The notes beneath the pieces are model-generated. The model saw only the letters and a program-made list of their open reading frames with translations. It did not search any database and was not told the DNA's origin. The position numbers and the translations under genes were made by a program. 64,000 nt of DNA, from positions 19,468,001 to 19,532,000 of the forward strand of contig OZ024751.1 of the NCBI GenBank assembly GCA_964016885.1. The letters are read 5' to 3'. How positions within the stretch are numbered: position 1 is the first letter of the stretch; every line of letters begins with the position of its first letter. Below are positions 1-13,121 of this stretch, one piece after another. Source of the DNA: Eledone cirrhosa. Taxonomy: Eukaryota.

Positions 1-10
1 GAGTGAGTGA

Positions 11-44
<34 letters not shown>

Positions 45-302
45 AGTTTCGAAAATATACTAACGGAAAGTTAAATCAATTGGATAAATTCTTAGAAAAT
101 GTAGAGATCTCCATTAGCGTAGAAAACTGGGTAAAATACCACTATTGACCTAAAAAGGTGGGTTCCATCCGCTACGAAGAATCGAACGCCGAACCTCTCA
201 AATTCTACCTTTTATTTATAGCAATCGACTGTGGTTGTAGTTATTTTCTATGTCTGAGATTTCTACATTTTCTAAGAATGTGTACGTGTGTGTCTTTGTA
301 TG

Positions 303-336
<34 letters not shown>

Positions 337-338
<2 letters not shown>

Positions 339-468
339 AAAAAGCCGTCGAAACGGCTTGAGCTCTGCCGTCGGGCTCATACTTTTTCCTATTACCCCCT
401 CTACTACCCTAAGTATTGAGTACTCTGGTGCGTTATGGTCCATCTGGTTCCTTACCACAATTCCTTCG

Positions 469-470
<2 letters not shown>
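337..470 (+). mobile_element. Family A (TA)n-embedded short element carrying the 3' half of a hammerhead (GAAAcggc-loop-gccGTC)
   Basis: Near-identical to copies at 5767, 7880, 24050, 53686, 54638 and 60787. Flanked on both sides by (TA)n. Confidence 0.75.
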
Positions 471-506
<36 letters not shown>

Positions 507-579
507 ATAATAATAAATTAGAAGACTAAAATCCAAAGAGCGATTCTTTGCTTAAACTTTAATCTGTTATTTTAATAAA

Positions 580-618
<39 letters not shown>

Positions 619-650
619 AGATCAAAAGATGGTTAAAGGAGTTCCATGTA

Positions 651-717
651 TTTTATTATGCGCATTTCAAAAACAAACATCATCATGCAATAATATTTGT
701 GTTTTCATCAGATAAAA
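651..717 (-). ncRNA. Minimal type I hammerhead motif, mirror copy of 840-906
   Basis: Reverse-complement arm of the 611-945 palindrome (tcatcag and tttc seen on the + strand). Confidence 0.75.
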
Positions 718-839
718 CAGGAGAACATGATATGGAGGCTAAAAAACACTTGTGGATAGTGCAGTTTTAAATCAACATATGTTGATTTAAAACTGCACTA
801 TCCACAAGTGTTTTTTAGCCTCCATATCATGTTCTCCTG

Positions 840-906
840 TTTTATCTGATGAAAACACAAATATTATTGCATGATGATGTTTGTTTTTGAAATGCGCATA
901 ATAAAA
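840..906 (+). ncRNA. Minimal type I hammerhead ribozyme motif (AUA site)
   Basis: ttttat-CTGATGA(846-852)-stem II aaacacaaatattat/atgatgtttgttttt-GAAA(889-892)-TGCGCA-TA-ataaaa. Stem I is ttttat/ataaaa and stem III is the palindrome ATGCGCAT. Confidence 0.75.
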
Positions 907-1031
907 TACATGAACTCCTTTAACCATCTTTTGATCTTATATTATGCATACTCCAGTCCTACAAACTGTAGAGTGCTTCTTATCCGATATCTGCATTGCT
1001 TTATTGTACTACAATAAAACTCACCTCCTAC

Positions 1032-1072
<41 letters not shown>

Positions 1073-1077
1073 TTTTT

Positions 1078-1317
1078 AACTAATATACCACCATTGTATT
1101 GTTCTTCTGCGTTGTTGGCATACATTTATTTATACACACACATACATACATACATACAAAAATATGGATTGAAGGAGACGAGGCTGTGTGTTAACTGACG
1201 AAGGGAAACAGTCCATCTCTTGCTTGTGTCGCAATCCATGTTTTTGTATGTATGTGTGTGTATAAATATATATATGCCAACAACGCAGAAGAACAATACA
1301 ATGGTGGTATATTAGTT
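1078..1317. mobile_element. Inverted-repeat element with ~90-bp arms and a ~60-bp spacer
   Basis: aactaatataccaccattgtattgttcttctgcgttgttggcata... at the left is the reverse complement of ...tatgccaacaacgcagaagaacaatacaatggtggtatattagtt at the right. Confidence 0.7.
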
Positions 1318-1819
1318 TTAAAAGGAGTCTTAACGTATCGGATATTGTCCTTCATTAGAAGAGAGAAAGTGAGAGAAGAAAAGATGTTTAAAGGGGAAAA
1401 GAGAGACATAGTGTACACTCACATTTACCTACACACGCGCGTGCACATACAGAATGACATATATACATACATACATACATACATACATACCTTCACACAC
1501 AGGCCTTTATGCTCATATCTAGAAAGACACACACAAAGATATACAGTACATGCAACCATACATGCCTAGAAGCAGAGAAACAAATATATACTCACATTTG
1601 CATACCTACACACACACACACACATATATATATATACATATATCAACTAGAAACAGATTGACACATATATATATAATAAGCATATGGAACAATCACAGGG
1701 AATAATTTGTAAAGAATGTAAGCACACATAGCTAGGTAGGTAGACAACCCTTAATTTATATACATATACAAATATACATACATACACATGTATACACACA
1801 GAGAGAGAAAACGACAGAG

Positions 1820-1855
<36 letters not shown>

Positions 1856-2099
1856 CAGTACATTAATTTTAAAAGGCCCGGTGTAATACATTAGTGAAGG
1901 TCAAGGTGTAAAAGAGATAGAAGGGGGGGGGACACAGAGAGACAGAGAGACAGAGAGAGAGAGAGAGTGAGGTAGTGATAGGGAGAGTGAGGGGATTTGG
2001 AGAAAGAGAAAGACAGAGACAGAGGAAACGATGCTGCCAAAAATGGAGATGTCCTTCAGAAGATTGAACTTTCAACCACCAAATTACCACTTGGATGGT

Positions 2100-3060
2100 T
2101 GGTTGTGGTGGTGGTGCTGGTAGTGGTGGTGTTGGTGGCAGTAAAAATGGTGGTGATGAGGATGGTGGTAAAACTGATGATGGTGATGGTGAAGGTGATG
2201 ATGGTGGTGGTGGTGATGGTGATCATGGTGGTAAAGGTGGTGATGCTGAAGGTGGTAAAGGTGGTGATGCTGAAGGTGGTAAAAGTGATGGTGGTGGTGG
2301 TGGAATGGATGATATGATGGTATGATGGTATTAGACATTGAAGAGTAAAGACTGTATAAAGTGTGTGTAGGGGAGACAGAGAGAGAGAGTGACTAGACAG
2401 TGTTATAAGGAAGAGAGGGAGAGAAAGAGAGAGAGTGGATGAGAAAGGGGGTGAGAGAGCGAGAGAGAGTGGATGAGAAAGGGGGTGAGAGAGCGAGAGA
2501 GAGTGGATGAGAAAGGGGGTGAGAGAGCGAGAGAGTGGATGAGAAAGGGGGTGAGAGAGAGCGAGAGAAAGGGGGTGAGAGAGAGCGAGAGAAAGGGGGT
2601 GAGAGAGAGCGAGAGAGAGTGGATGAGAAAGGGGGTGAGAGAGCGAGAGAGAGTAAGTTAGAGAGGGCGGTAGAGAGAGGGGGCGTGAAGAGAGAGAGGG
2701 CGGGCGAGAGAGAGAGAGAGAGAGAGGGCGGGCGAGAGAGAGAGAGAGAGGGCGGGCGAGAGAGAGAGAGGGAGGGCGGGCGAGAGAGAGAGAGGGGGAG
2801 AGCGAGAGAGAGAGAGGGGGAGAGCGAGAGAGAGAGAGGGGAGAGCGAGAGAGAGAGCGGGCGGGAGAGAGAGGGCGGGCGAGAGGGCGGGCGAGAGAGA
2901 GAGAGAGGGGGCGGGCGAGAGAGAGAGAGAGAGAGGGCGAGAGAGAGAGAGGGAGAGAGAGAGAGAGAGGGCGAGAGAGAGAGAGAGGGCGGGCGAGAGA
3001 GAGAGAGAGGGGACGGGCGAGTGAGAGAGAGGGGGGGCGAGAGAGAGAGGGGGGGAGCCA
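2100..3060. repeat. (GGT/GAT)n and (GA)n-rich simple repeats
   Basis: Direct inspection. Explains the ORFs at 1997-3156. Confidence 0.9.
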
Positions 3061-3219
3061 GCCAGTCATCCATTTGCTAAGGACCAATTTAAGTATAGAA
3101 GAGACAATGATAAATATTACCTTGAGAGACAAGAGAACAACATTTGGTAGGAACATAGTGGGAGTGGGGGTGAGTGGGGGGGGGGTCGATCATAGAGGTG
3201 GTGGTGGGAGGAGATGAGG

Positions 3220-3366
3220 AAATATATACATATATACAAAGACGCACTCATATATACACAAACACATATCTGTGTGTTTGTGTATATATACTCGCATATA
3301 CATGCGTATAAATGTATGTATATATGTGCGTGCGTGTGTGTCCATGCATGTATGGATGCATATGGA

Positions 3367-3410
<44 letters not shown>

Positions 3411-3440
3411 AGTGTGCGTATATATATGCACACATTACAC

Positions 3441-3474
<34 letters not shown>

Positions 3475-3569
3475 CATGTGTGTGTATATATATATATATA
3501 TGCACGAACTACACATGTATATATATATATGTCTGCGTGTGTGTGTGTGTTTGTATATACACATAATTG

Positions 3570-3615
<46 letters not shown>

Positions 3616-3765
3616 AACATGCATATATATATATATATATATATACATACACACAAACATGCATATATATATATATATATAGAAACACAAACATGCATAT
3701 ATATATATATATAGAAACATGCATATATATATATTATATATATACACACACATACACACACATTC

Positions 3766-3796
<31 letters not shown>

Positions 3797-3919
3797 CAAA
3801 CATGCATATATATATATATATATACACAAACATGCATATATATATATATACAAACATGCATATATATATATTACACACACACACACGCACATATATATAT
3901 TACACACACACACACGCAC

Positions 3920-3974
<55 letters not shown>

Positions 3975-4131
3975 GTCAGTGGTGAGTAGATGAGATTGCT
4001 AGGTCTGTTGTTAGGCGTGGCAGTAAACACTGGAAATGACATAGCAATAACAATGTTTCTGACGACTCTGAACAATCAGAGCCGACCGAAGGTTCGAGAA
4101 AACAAGAGAACATAGAAAAAACACACATATA

Positions 4132-4162
<31 letters not shown>

Positions 4163-4645
4163 GAAACTTGAAGAATATATAAATGAGGGAGGGGGTAGAG
4201 GCACGGGAGGTGTAGGGGTTTGTAACTGTGTGTGTGTGTTTCTGAATAATATTGTGTTTGTGTATATATGTAAATGTCAATCCGTATAATTTTGAGTTTG
4301 TGGTACAGCTTGGAATGCGTACAAAAGTGCATACACACACATATATACATATATATATATATACATACATATATATATATATATAAATATATATAAATAT
4401 ATATATAAATATATAATATATATATATAAATATATATATAAATATAAATATATAAATATAAATATATATATAAATATATATATAAATATATAAATATATA
4501 TATAAATATATAAATATATATAAATATATATATATAAATATATATATATAAATATATAAATATATAAATATATATATATATATAAATATATATATATAAA
4601 TATATATATATAAATATATAAATATATATATAAATATATATATAA
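3220..4645. repeat. (TA)n/(CA)n compound microsatellites
   Basis: Direct inspection. Confidence 0.9.
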
Positions 4646-4777
4646 ATACCTCGTCTTTATACAGCTCTATCTTCGTGAACGAAAATAAAGGATCACCTGG
4701 ACTAGCCGCCAAACATTTCTATTGCTACCAAACTGAATTCTAGAAGCAAGGATTATCTAAGTACCATTCTTATAGTG

Positions 4778-5302
4778 TTAACCCTTTCGTAACCATATTT
4801 CACATGAAAGACAATGCCTATCATATTCAAATCATCTTTTAAAGAATCAAGAATTTGAAGGGATTTAATATTTTAACTAGCTTTCCCGGTATCAAGCTGG
4901 TGTTTGGAACACAGGGTTTGTTATATAAAAATACGATGGAAAGATTTTAGATAAATATAAACAATGTAACCCTTTAGTTACCATATTTCTAATGAAAGAC
5001 ACTGCCTATGATATTCAAATCATTTTGAAAATAATCAAGAAGTTAGAGATTCAGTAATATATCTATCCTTCTCATTATGAAACTGGTGTTTATGTAACAT
5101 CCTTTGTCATGTTCCTAGGTTACGCTGGAAGGTTTTTAAATGTAGACACTTTAACCCTTTTGCTACGATATTTCTAATGAAAGACACTAAGCTGGTGATT
5201 GGAACACAAAGTTTGTTACATTAAGTTATGATGAAAGGTTTTCAAATAAATATAAAGAATATAAACATGGGTGATTTCAGACACTGATCATCCAAAGGGT
5301 TG
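4778..5302. mobile_element. Three degenerate tandem copies of a TTAACCCT-ended (piggyBac-like) MITE
   Basis: taaccctt...ccatattt..atgaaagacactgcct recurs at about 4778, 4967 and 5151, and the block ends in aaagggttga. Confidence 0.45.
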
Positions 5303-5388
5303 AATGGAGAGATCCCTCTCCACCACATACTACAATATTCCTTCTTACTAATCATTTAACTAGAAACATCGAATCCACGCACACACAC

Positions 5389-5437
<49 letters not shown>

Positions 5438-5623
5438 AGAGGAGCTGTTAATGATCAAGAGAAAGCGATAGGAATCTAGGGGTAAAAAACAAATCATACA
5501 CAAAACGCCAGCATCAACAGTTTTGCAAGAGATGTCAACATGAATGGACCTGTTATTTTTATCTAAAGACATTTTTTCCAATTCCATCGCCCGTCCCCTT
5601 AATCTATTTTATTTATCATTCTT

Positions 5624-5659
5624 TCTTCTGATGAAGGACTAGCGTCCGAAACGTTAGGA
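5624..5659 (+). ncRNA. Ultra-minimal type I hammerhead motif (GUU site)
   Basis: tctt-CTGATGA-a-GGAC tagc GTCC-GAAAC GT T-agga. Stem III is the palindrome AACGTT and stem I is tctt/agga with one G-U pair. Confidence 0.7.
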
Positions 5660-5766
5660 CCCTCTTCCTGCTATATCAAGCGTTAAATTAAAATATACCT
5701 TCCATATACTATACCGATTGTGATGTTATTTCTGTTTACCTTTTACCTATATATATATATATATAT

Positions 5767-5940
5767 AACGGAGGAGATGTGGTAAGGAATCAGATGGGCC
5801 ATAGCGCACCAGAGTACTCAATACTTAGGGTAATAGGAGAAAGTATGACCCCGACAGCAGAGCTCAAGCCGTTTCGACGACTATTTCTGGACTGAAATAG
5901 CCGTCGAAACGGCTTGAGCTTTGCCGTCGGGGTCATACTT

Positions 5941-5944
<4 letters not shown>
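5767..5944. mobile_element. Family A element with terminal fold-back
   Basis: ...gtttcgacgactatttc tggact gaaatagccgtcgaaac... The inverted arms span about 5835-5944. (TA)n flanks. Confidence 0.8.
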
Positions 5945-5996
<52 letters not shown>

Positions 5997-6259
5997 TGAT
6001 AGCTACTTCTTGTCAGAAGAGTGCCATTTCTTCAGTGAACATTGCACGATTCTGTGCAAGCAGGTGACTTTTCAGACCACCTTTTGTTTTACAAGCACGT
6101 TGACAGGGGTGACACTTGAACTGTCTTCAACTGAACTGGACAGCACACACACACATGTATACATACACATATACACACACATATATACATACACAAAGAT
6201 GTTTACTCATACGTATGTATTTTTGTGTGTGCACGTGTCGCCACGATTTCTATACAGAT

Positions 6260-6435
6260 AGGTAAGAGAGAAAGAAATAGATATAGAGAAGGGGAGAGAG
6301 AGAGAGGGGGGGACAGAGGGAGAGAAAGAAGGAGAGAAAGAAGGAGAGACAGAAGGAGAGACAGAAGGAGAGACAGGAGAGAGAGTGAGAGACAGACAGA
6401 CAGACAGACAGACAGAGACAGAGACAGAGAGAAAC

Positions 6436-6484
<49 letters not shown>

Positions 6485-6601
6485 GACAGAGAGAGACAGA
6501 GAGAGAGAGAGACAGAGAGAGAGACAGAGAGAGAGACAGACAGAAAGACAGACAGACAGAGAGAGAGACAGACAGAGAGACAGACAGACATAGAGAGAGA
6601 C

Positions 6602-6636
<35 letters not shown>

Positions 6637-7670
6637 CTGACAGACAGAGAGACTGACAGACAGAGAGAGAGACAGAGAGACAGAGGGAGAGGGGGAGATG
6701 TTATAACAAATAAAACAATATAATTAGTTCCAGTTACTTCACACTAAAAACAAAAAAAAAGAAACAAAACACAACCCACCCCTTTAAACTTTTACGCCCC
6801 CACCCCACCACCACCACTCCCCTACATCTTTACCCCTCCCTAATCCAACTTGCCCACCTTCTCTTTGACTGGGGGATGAAATCCAAACCACATGTAGAAG
6901 AACTATCAAAAGATCAGGAGAGACCCCAACCCGCACTCCACTCCACCCCGCACTCCACTCCACTCCCAGTCATCCTTACTTCTCAGCACCGCCGCCGTCG
7001 CCATCTTCACACATACATCACTCCTTGGCACACCCGGGTCACACACCAGCATTTCCATCCCACCACTACCTCACGCGCCACCATCATCATCATCGTCAAC
7101 TTGAACGCCACCATTATCACAACAGCCACCATCATCATCGTCTTCACGACCAACGTCATCCACAAGCCATCATCATCATCCCTACCACCACCATCAACAC
7201 AAATACCACCACCACACCCACCACCATCACCAACATCACCACCACCAACAACAACAACGTTACCACCATCCACACGCCATCATCATCCCCAACACCATCA
7301 ACACCACCACCAACAACAACAACAACGTTACCACCATCCACACGCCATCATCATCCCCAACACCATCAACACCACCACCACCATCATCACCACTATCAAC
7401 ACCACCACCAACATCGCTACCGCCACCACCACCATCACTATCAACAACAACGTTACCACCATCCACACGCCATCATCAACACCAACAACACCAATACCAC
7501 CACCACCATCATCACCAACATCTCTACCACCACCACCACCATCATCATCAACACCACTATCAACATCACCACCAACATCGCTACCGCCACCACCAACATC
7601 ATCAACACCACTATCAACATCATCAACACCACCAACAACACCACCATTCACACGATGTCATCATCATCAA
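6260..7670. repeat. (GA/GACA)n and (ACC/ATC)n low-complexity repeats
   Basis: Direct inspection. Confidence 0.85.
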
Positions 7671-7843
7671 CGAGTACATTCAGTCGCCACCCTCTTGTTA
7701 CTCTGGAGTTTCGCCAGAGAGGAGCAGATGAAACTCCAGAGTAACAAGACTCACTATTCAGCCTTAATAAAGTCAATATTAATACTACTGCGTCATTGAG
7801 TACTCTTTTCTCTCAGCTGTCAACCACATACGGATGTGTGTGC

Positions 7844-7879
<36 letters not shown>

Positions 7880-7881
<2 letters not shown>

Positions 7882-8069
7882 CGAAGGAAATGTGGTAAGG
7901 AACCATGTGGACCATAACGCACCAAAGTACTCAATACTTAGGGTAGTAGAGTGGGTAATAGGAACGAGTAGGACCCCGACGGCTGAGCTCAAGCCGTTTC
8001 GACGGCTAATTCGAGTCCAGAATTAGCCGTCGAAACGGCTTGAGCTCAGCCGTCGGGGTCCTACTCGTT

Positions 8070-8072
<3 letters not shown>
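7880..8072. mobile_element. Family A element with terminal fold-back
   Basis: Perfect arms at about 7958-8074 around the loop cgagtccag. (TA)n flanks. Confidence 0.8.
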
Positions 8073-8116
<44 letters not shown>

Positions 8117-8157
8117 AAATGAAAATCCGAAGGCAAGGTAAAATTCCAATCATTTAA

Positions 8158-8216
8158 TCACGACACATGTTTCAATTGTGAAGCCGTGATTGATTATCAC
8201 TGATCTCATCAGGTGA
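8158..8216 (-). ncRNA. Type I hammerhead motif with canonical GUC site
   Basis: Minus strand: tcac-CTGATGA-gatcagtga...tcacaatt-GAAAC ATGT GTC-gtga. Stem I is tcac/gtga and stem III contains the palindrome ACATGT. Confidence 0.75.
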
Positions 8217-8457
8217 AAATGAATTGTCTTCAAATTCTTGATATGAGGATATATATATATACAAGTGGAAGCTTAGTACAATCGAAGCTTAAGGAGCAAT
8301 AAGGAATGAGTAGCAAAGCACTCAATAAGGGTAGGTCATTAGAGTAATAACATCACGTTTAAGTAGCTTGACAAATTGAATATTGCGGTAGTTAAACCCA
8401 ACCATACAATAACAAAGTAACGAAAGAACTAATCAGGTTAAAAACACACACACACAC

Positions 8458-8491
<34 letters not shown>

Positions 8492-8493
<2 letters not shown>

Positions 8494-8667
8494 CAAAAGA
8501 TGGTTAAAAGAGTTCCATGTATTTTATTTTGCGCATATGAAATACATGGAACTCTTTTAACCATCTTTTGATCTTATATATTATTTATACTCCAGTCCTA
8601 CAAATTGTAGAGTGCTTCTTATCCGATATCTGCATTACTTTATTGTACTACAATAAAACTCACCTCC

Positions 8668-8670
<3 letters not shown>
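8492..8670. mobile_element. Second copy of the 611-1031 element, with the palindrome collapsed at TGCGCA
   Basis: Same outer arms and same tail. The centre is tgcgca (8530-8535). Confidence 0.8.
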
Positions 8671-8704
<34 letters not shown>

Positions 8705-8894
8705 TTGGTGGTCACTGATCTGTCCAGCTCGTCGGCTACGAGTATATCATGAAAAATTATACATCTCATATGTATTGTGTCTGAAGAGGAAATGTTCTAG
8801 TTTATGTTATACATAAAACTTTGCATCTTCGAAATATATATATATATAATCAAATAAATAGAGATGATATAAAGAATATATCTTTCGTTTATTA

Positions 8895-8895
<1 letters not shown>
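8705..8895 (+). mobile_element. (TA)n-embedded element with a hammerhead-like core (CTGAAGA 8781-8787, GAAA 8831-8834) and long stem II
   Basis: Homologous to 23640-23822. Stem II is ggaaatg...catcttc with an internal ttatgt/acataa hairpin. Confidence 0.55.
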
Positions 8896-8927
<32 letters not shown>

Positions 8928-9215
8928 CTAGCAGTGGTACCCGGCGTTGCACGGGATAAGGTATTTTGGAACGCGGGCCGCCAACTGACCTAATCCGTGG
9001 AAAAACCGCATGCCTGGATAATATGTAAAGAAAATAAACCGAATACTCTGATGGCTGGATAATCTTTAAGATTTTCCTCGATGAAGCAGGAAAAATGCAG
9101 GTTTTCTATCCCTAGGGGATCAAGAAATTGAATTTTTTTTTTATGTGCATAATATGCCTTGAAATTTCGGGAAAATCGGCTAGACGTAACGCCTGAAAAA
9201 ACCCCTGTACTATTT
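8928..9215 (-). mobile_element. Non-autonomous Helitron-like element
   Basis: The minus strand ends cccgtgcaacgccggg-taccactg-CTAG|t, a GC hairpin ~8 nt before a CTAG 3' end. The other end runs into (TA)n. Confidence 0.6.
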
Positions 9216-9731
9216 ATATATATATATATAAATATACCGTTTTTTAGAAATAGGAAATTTCTCTACATATCTATACAGCTATGCCTGAAGCTAAATCCTA
9301 TTTCTATTAAATATATATATAAATTAATAAAAATAATGAATAAACAAAGAAACAGTTACTTATATTAAAAAATTCATCATTTTACGATCGTTTCTAGGAT
9401 ATATATGTTAGTGTTGGTATGCATATCCTTTAGATCTATGTAAAATTTTTACAAACTATCAGAGAGAATATACATACCTACACATATATATGCTGTCTTC
9501 AGAAATAATTTGGTAGATTTATCTACATATATATATATATAAGGATTAAAATACTGGAGCGTGTTGGAGTTAAACACCCTCTTCGTATTATAGAAATGAA
9601 TGTTATACACCTCCTTAGTGATTTTTATTATATATTTTTACCCATAATCTTGCAATACTTTAGTGTATGTACACTCCATATTCTTCAGAGTTTTCGGCTT
9701 GTATAGGCCGATAATACTTCTTGTTGTTTTA

Positions 9732-9776
9732 ATTACCCTGATGAGTCCTTAATAGGACGAAACATTGTTGGCTAAT
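9732..9776 (+). ncRNA. Minimal type I hammerhead motif (GUU site)
   Basis: attacc-CTGATGA(9738-9744)-GTCCT taat AGGAC-GAAAC att GT T-ggctaat. Stem II is a perfect 5 bp and stem I has one bulge. Confidence 0.75.
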
Positions 9777-10163
9777 AAAGACTTTTGATGTATTGAAGGC
9801 TTCTTTGTTTTACTTTCATAATATATATATATATATATATTATCAGCAGTGAGTTAACAAAATCAGTGCACCATACTGAAATACTGCATTTAGTTGAAAC
9901 AGAAATATGGAATTTAGTTCTGGTCAAGTTGTTTGTATTTGCATCATAGTCGGAATCAAACTCACATTTGCCATGTGGTGAAGAGCTGTGTTGCAACTGT
10001 ACCACAGCAGCAGTAATATTGTAAAGATGTTTCTGTAATATTGTCCTATGGATATGTTCTGGTATAAGGTATGCTATGCTATGGGTTTTTTTACACATCT
10101 AATTTCCATTGAGCTTTTTACAGGACAACGAAACTGACAAGGTGATATTTCGATTTATTTTTG

Positions 10164-10245
<82 letters not shown>

Positions 10246-10371
10246 AGTACTTTCGGTTTGCGAACAAAGAGAAAGTTCTCAATACCAAATTAGTGTGTGG
10301 TGTGTGGTGTGTGTGTAAAGTAAATAAATATTCTTAAAAAGACTCCAGTTGCATTTTCGATTCCTTTTCCT

Positions 10372-10438
<67 letters not shown>

Positions 10439-10522
10439 GAATATAACAATCTCACAGTTAAAGTACTACTATATTTTATATATATATATACACACACACA
10501 CACGCACCAAAGTTACTCTCTC

Positions 10523-10561
<39 letters not shown>

Positions 10562-10563
<2 letters not shown>

Positions 10564-10757
10564 GAGGTTATATTTAATTTGTTGGGATTCAACAAGCTTA
10601 AACATTTTTATAACTGATATAAAGCACTCAACAGCTTAGTGGAGTAAATACACAATATATTAATAAATGGAAACTATATTTTATAAAACCATATTTATGG
10701 TTTTATAAACCATAAATATGGTTTTATAAATATAGTTTCCATTTATTAATATATTGT
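10562..10757. mobile_element. Family B element, fold-back (10652-10757) lacking the ribozyme
   Basis: Shares ...aaagcactcaac...taataaatggaaactatatt with 21540, 23480 and 33050. Inverted arms surround accatatttatggt. Confidence 0.65.
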
Positions 10758-11155
10758 ATATATATATATATATATATATACATACATACACACACACCAA
10801 AATTACTCTCATATATATATATTTATATATACACAGACATATACATAGAATACATATATATATATATCTATATACGTACACACACATACACACAGTCATA
10901 TATATATATATATACATGGAATATATATAAATATATATATATACATATATATAAATCCTTAATATTATTACTGTTTGATTAACTAGCTCCAGAGCCCATG
11001 CTGTGTATTATCAATATATTTACCGATGTTTTACACTTCACACCTCTTTACTGGATGTACACTGTTATAATGTCTGTGTGTATGGATGTGTATCTTTATC
11101 TTTAGCTATATATATACACATACATACGCAAATATATATAAATACACACACACAT

Positions 11156-11188
<33 letters not shown>

Positions 11189-11397
11189 CATACGCAAATA
11201 TATATAAATACATATATATATATATACACACATACATACACAACACACATATGCATATAGATAAATGCGAGTACATTTATGTTTACGTATATATTTATGT
11301 GCGTGTCTATATATGGATATGAATGTATGAATGCATATATATATACAATATATGCAGATATATATAATTGTGTGCATGTATATATATATATATATTG

Positions 11398-11900
11398 AGA
11401 GCGAGGGCGAGAGAGAGGGGGCGAGAGAGAGAGGGCGAGATAGAGAGAGGGGGCGAGATAGAGAGAGGGGGCGAGAGAGAGAGGGGGCGAGAGAGAGTGG
11501 GGGCGAGAGAGAGTGGGGGCGAGAGAGAGAGGGGGCGAGAGAGAGAGGGGGCGAGAGAGAGAGGGGGCGAGAGAGAAAGAGAGAGCGAGAGGGAAAGAGA
11601 GAGCGAGAGAGGAAAGAGAGAGCGAGAGAGGGAAAGAGAGTGCGAGAGAGAGGGAAAGAGAGTGCGAGAGAGAGGGAAAGAGAGAGCGAGAGAGAGGGAA
11701 AGAGAGAGCGAGAGAGAGGGAAAGAGAGAGCGAGAGAGAGGGAAAGAGAGAGCGAGAGAGAGGGAAAGAGAGGGAAAGAGAGAGAGGGAAAGAGAGAGAG
11801 TGAAAGAGAGAGAGTGAAAGAGAGAGAGAAAGAGAGAGAGTGAAAGAGAGAGAGAAAGAGAGAGAGTGAAAGAGAGAGAGAAAGAAAGAAAGAGGGAGGG
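11398..11900. repeat. (GA)n-rich minisatellite
   Basis: Direct inspection. Confidence 0.9.
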
Positions 11901-12110
11901 GGCGGCTGTGGGTATAGATTATATGGATGTGCGTGAAATACGGTTATAACATTTCTCCAAGTTATTGGTGTTGTTGTTGTAACTTTGTTAACTTGCCTCA
12001 TTCAATATAATTGTTATATTATTTCGATATTGGTCCCCTGGGGGGGAATGAAGGAATAACTTATTGATAGAAGCATTTACGAGGTGTGTATGTGGGGGGT
12101 AAACATACTA

Positions 12111-12156
12111 ACATATACATATATATACATATATATATACATATACATATATATAC

Positions 12157-12190
<34 letters not shown>

Positions 12191-12291
12191 ATATACATAC
12201 ATATATACATACATATATATATACATACATACATATATACATACATACATACATATATATATATACATACATATATACATACATATATATA

Positions 12292-12325
<34 letters not shown>

Positions 12326-12345
12326 CATACATATATATATATATA

Positions 12346-12379
<34 letters not shown>

Positions 12380-12400
12380 CATACATATATATATATATAT

Positions 12401-12443
<43 letters not shown>

Positions 12444-12758
12444 CATACATATATATATATATATATACACATATATACATACATATATATATATATATAC
12501 ATACATATATATATATATATATACACATATATACATACATATATATATATATATACATACATATATATATATATATATACACATATATACATACATATAT
12601 ATATATATATACATACATATATATATATATATATACACATATATACATACATATATATATATATATACATACATATATATATATATATATACACATATAT
12701 ACATACATATATATATATATATACATACATATATATATATATACACATATATACATAC

Positions 12759-12807
<49 letters not shown>

Positions 12808-12912
12808 TATATACACATACATATACATATATATATATACATATATATACACATACACATATACATATATATACATATACATATACAGATATACATATAT
12901 ATATACATATAT

Positions 12913-12959
<47 letters not shown>

Positions 12960-12968
12960 TATATACAT

Positions 12969-13015
<47 letters not shown>

Positions 13016-13032
13016 CATATATATATATATAC

Positions 13033-13121
<89 letters not shown>

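Larger units (their letters stand above)
611..1031. mobile_element. Fold-back element: 335-bp spacerless palindrome (611-945, centre 778/779) plus a unique tail, set in (TA)n
   Basis: Arms are reverse complements apart from one 1-nt indel. The tail (946-1031) recurs at about 8586-8670. Confidence 0.85.

Noticed and set aside
4055-4112. CTGACGA followed by the hairpin ctctga-acaa-tcagag
   Set aside because: No GAAA directly after the hairpin and no closing stem I, so it is not called as a hammerhead.
9845-10145. Complex-sequence island with a 108-aa ORF; one minus frame contains LLLWYSC
   Set aside because: Only a superficial resemblance to the next SCAPER exon, with in-frame stops and no suitable splice sites. 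Left unassigned.
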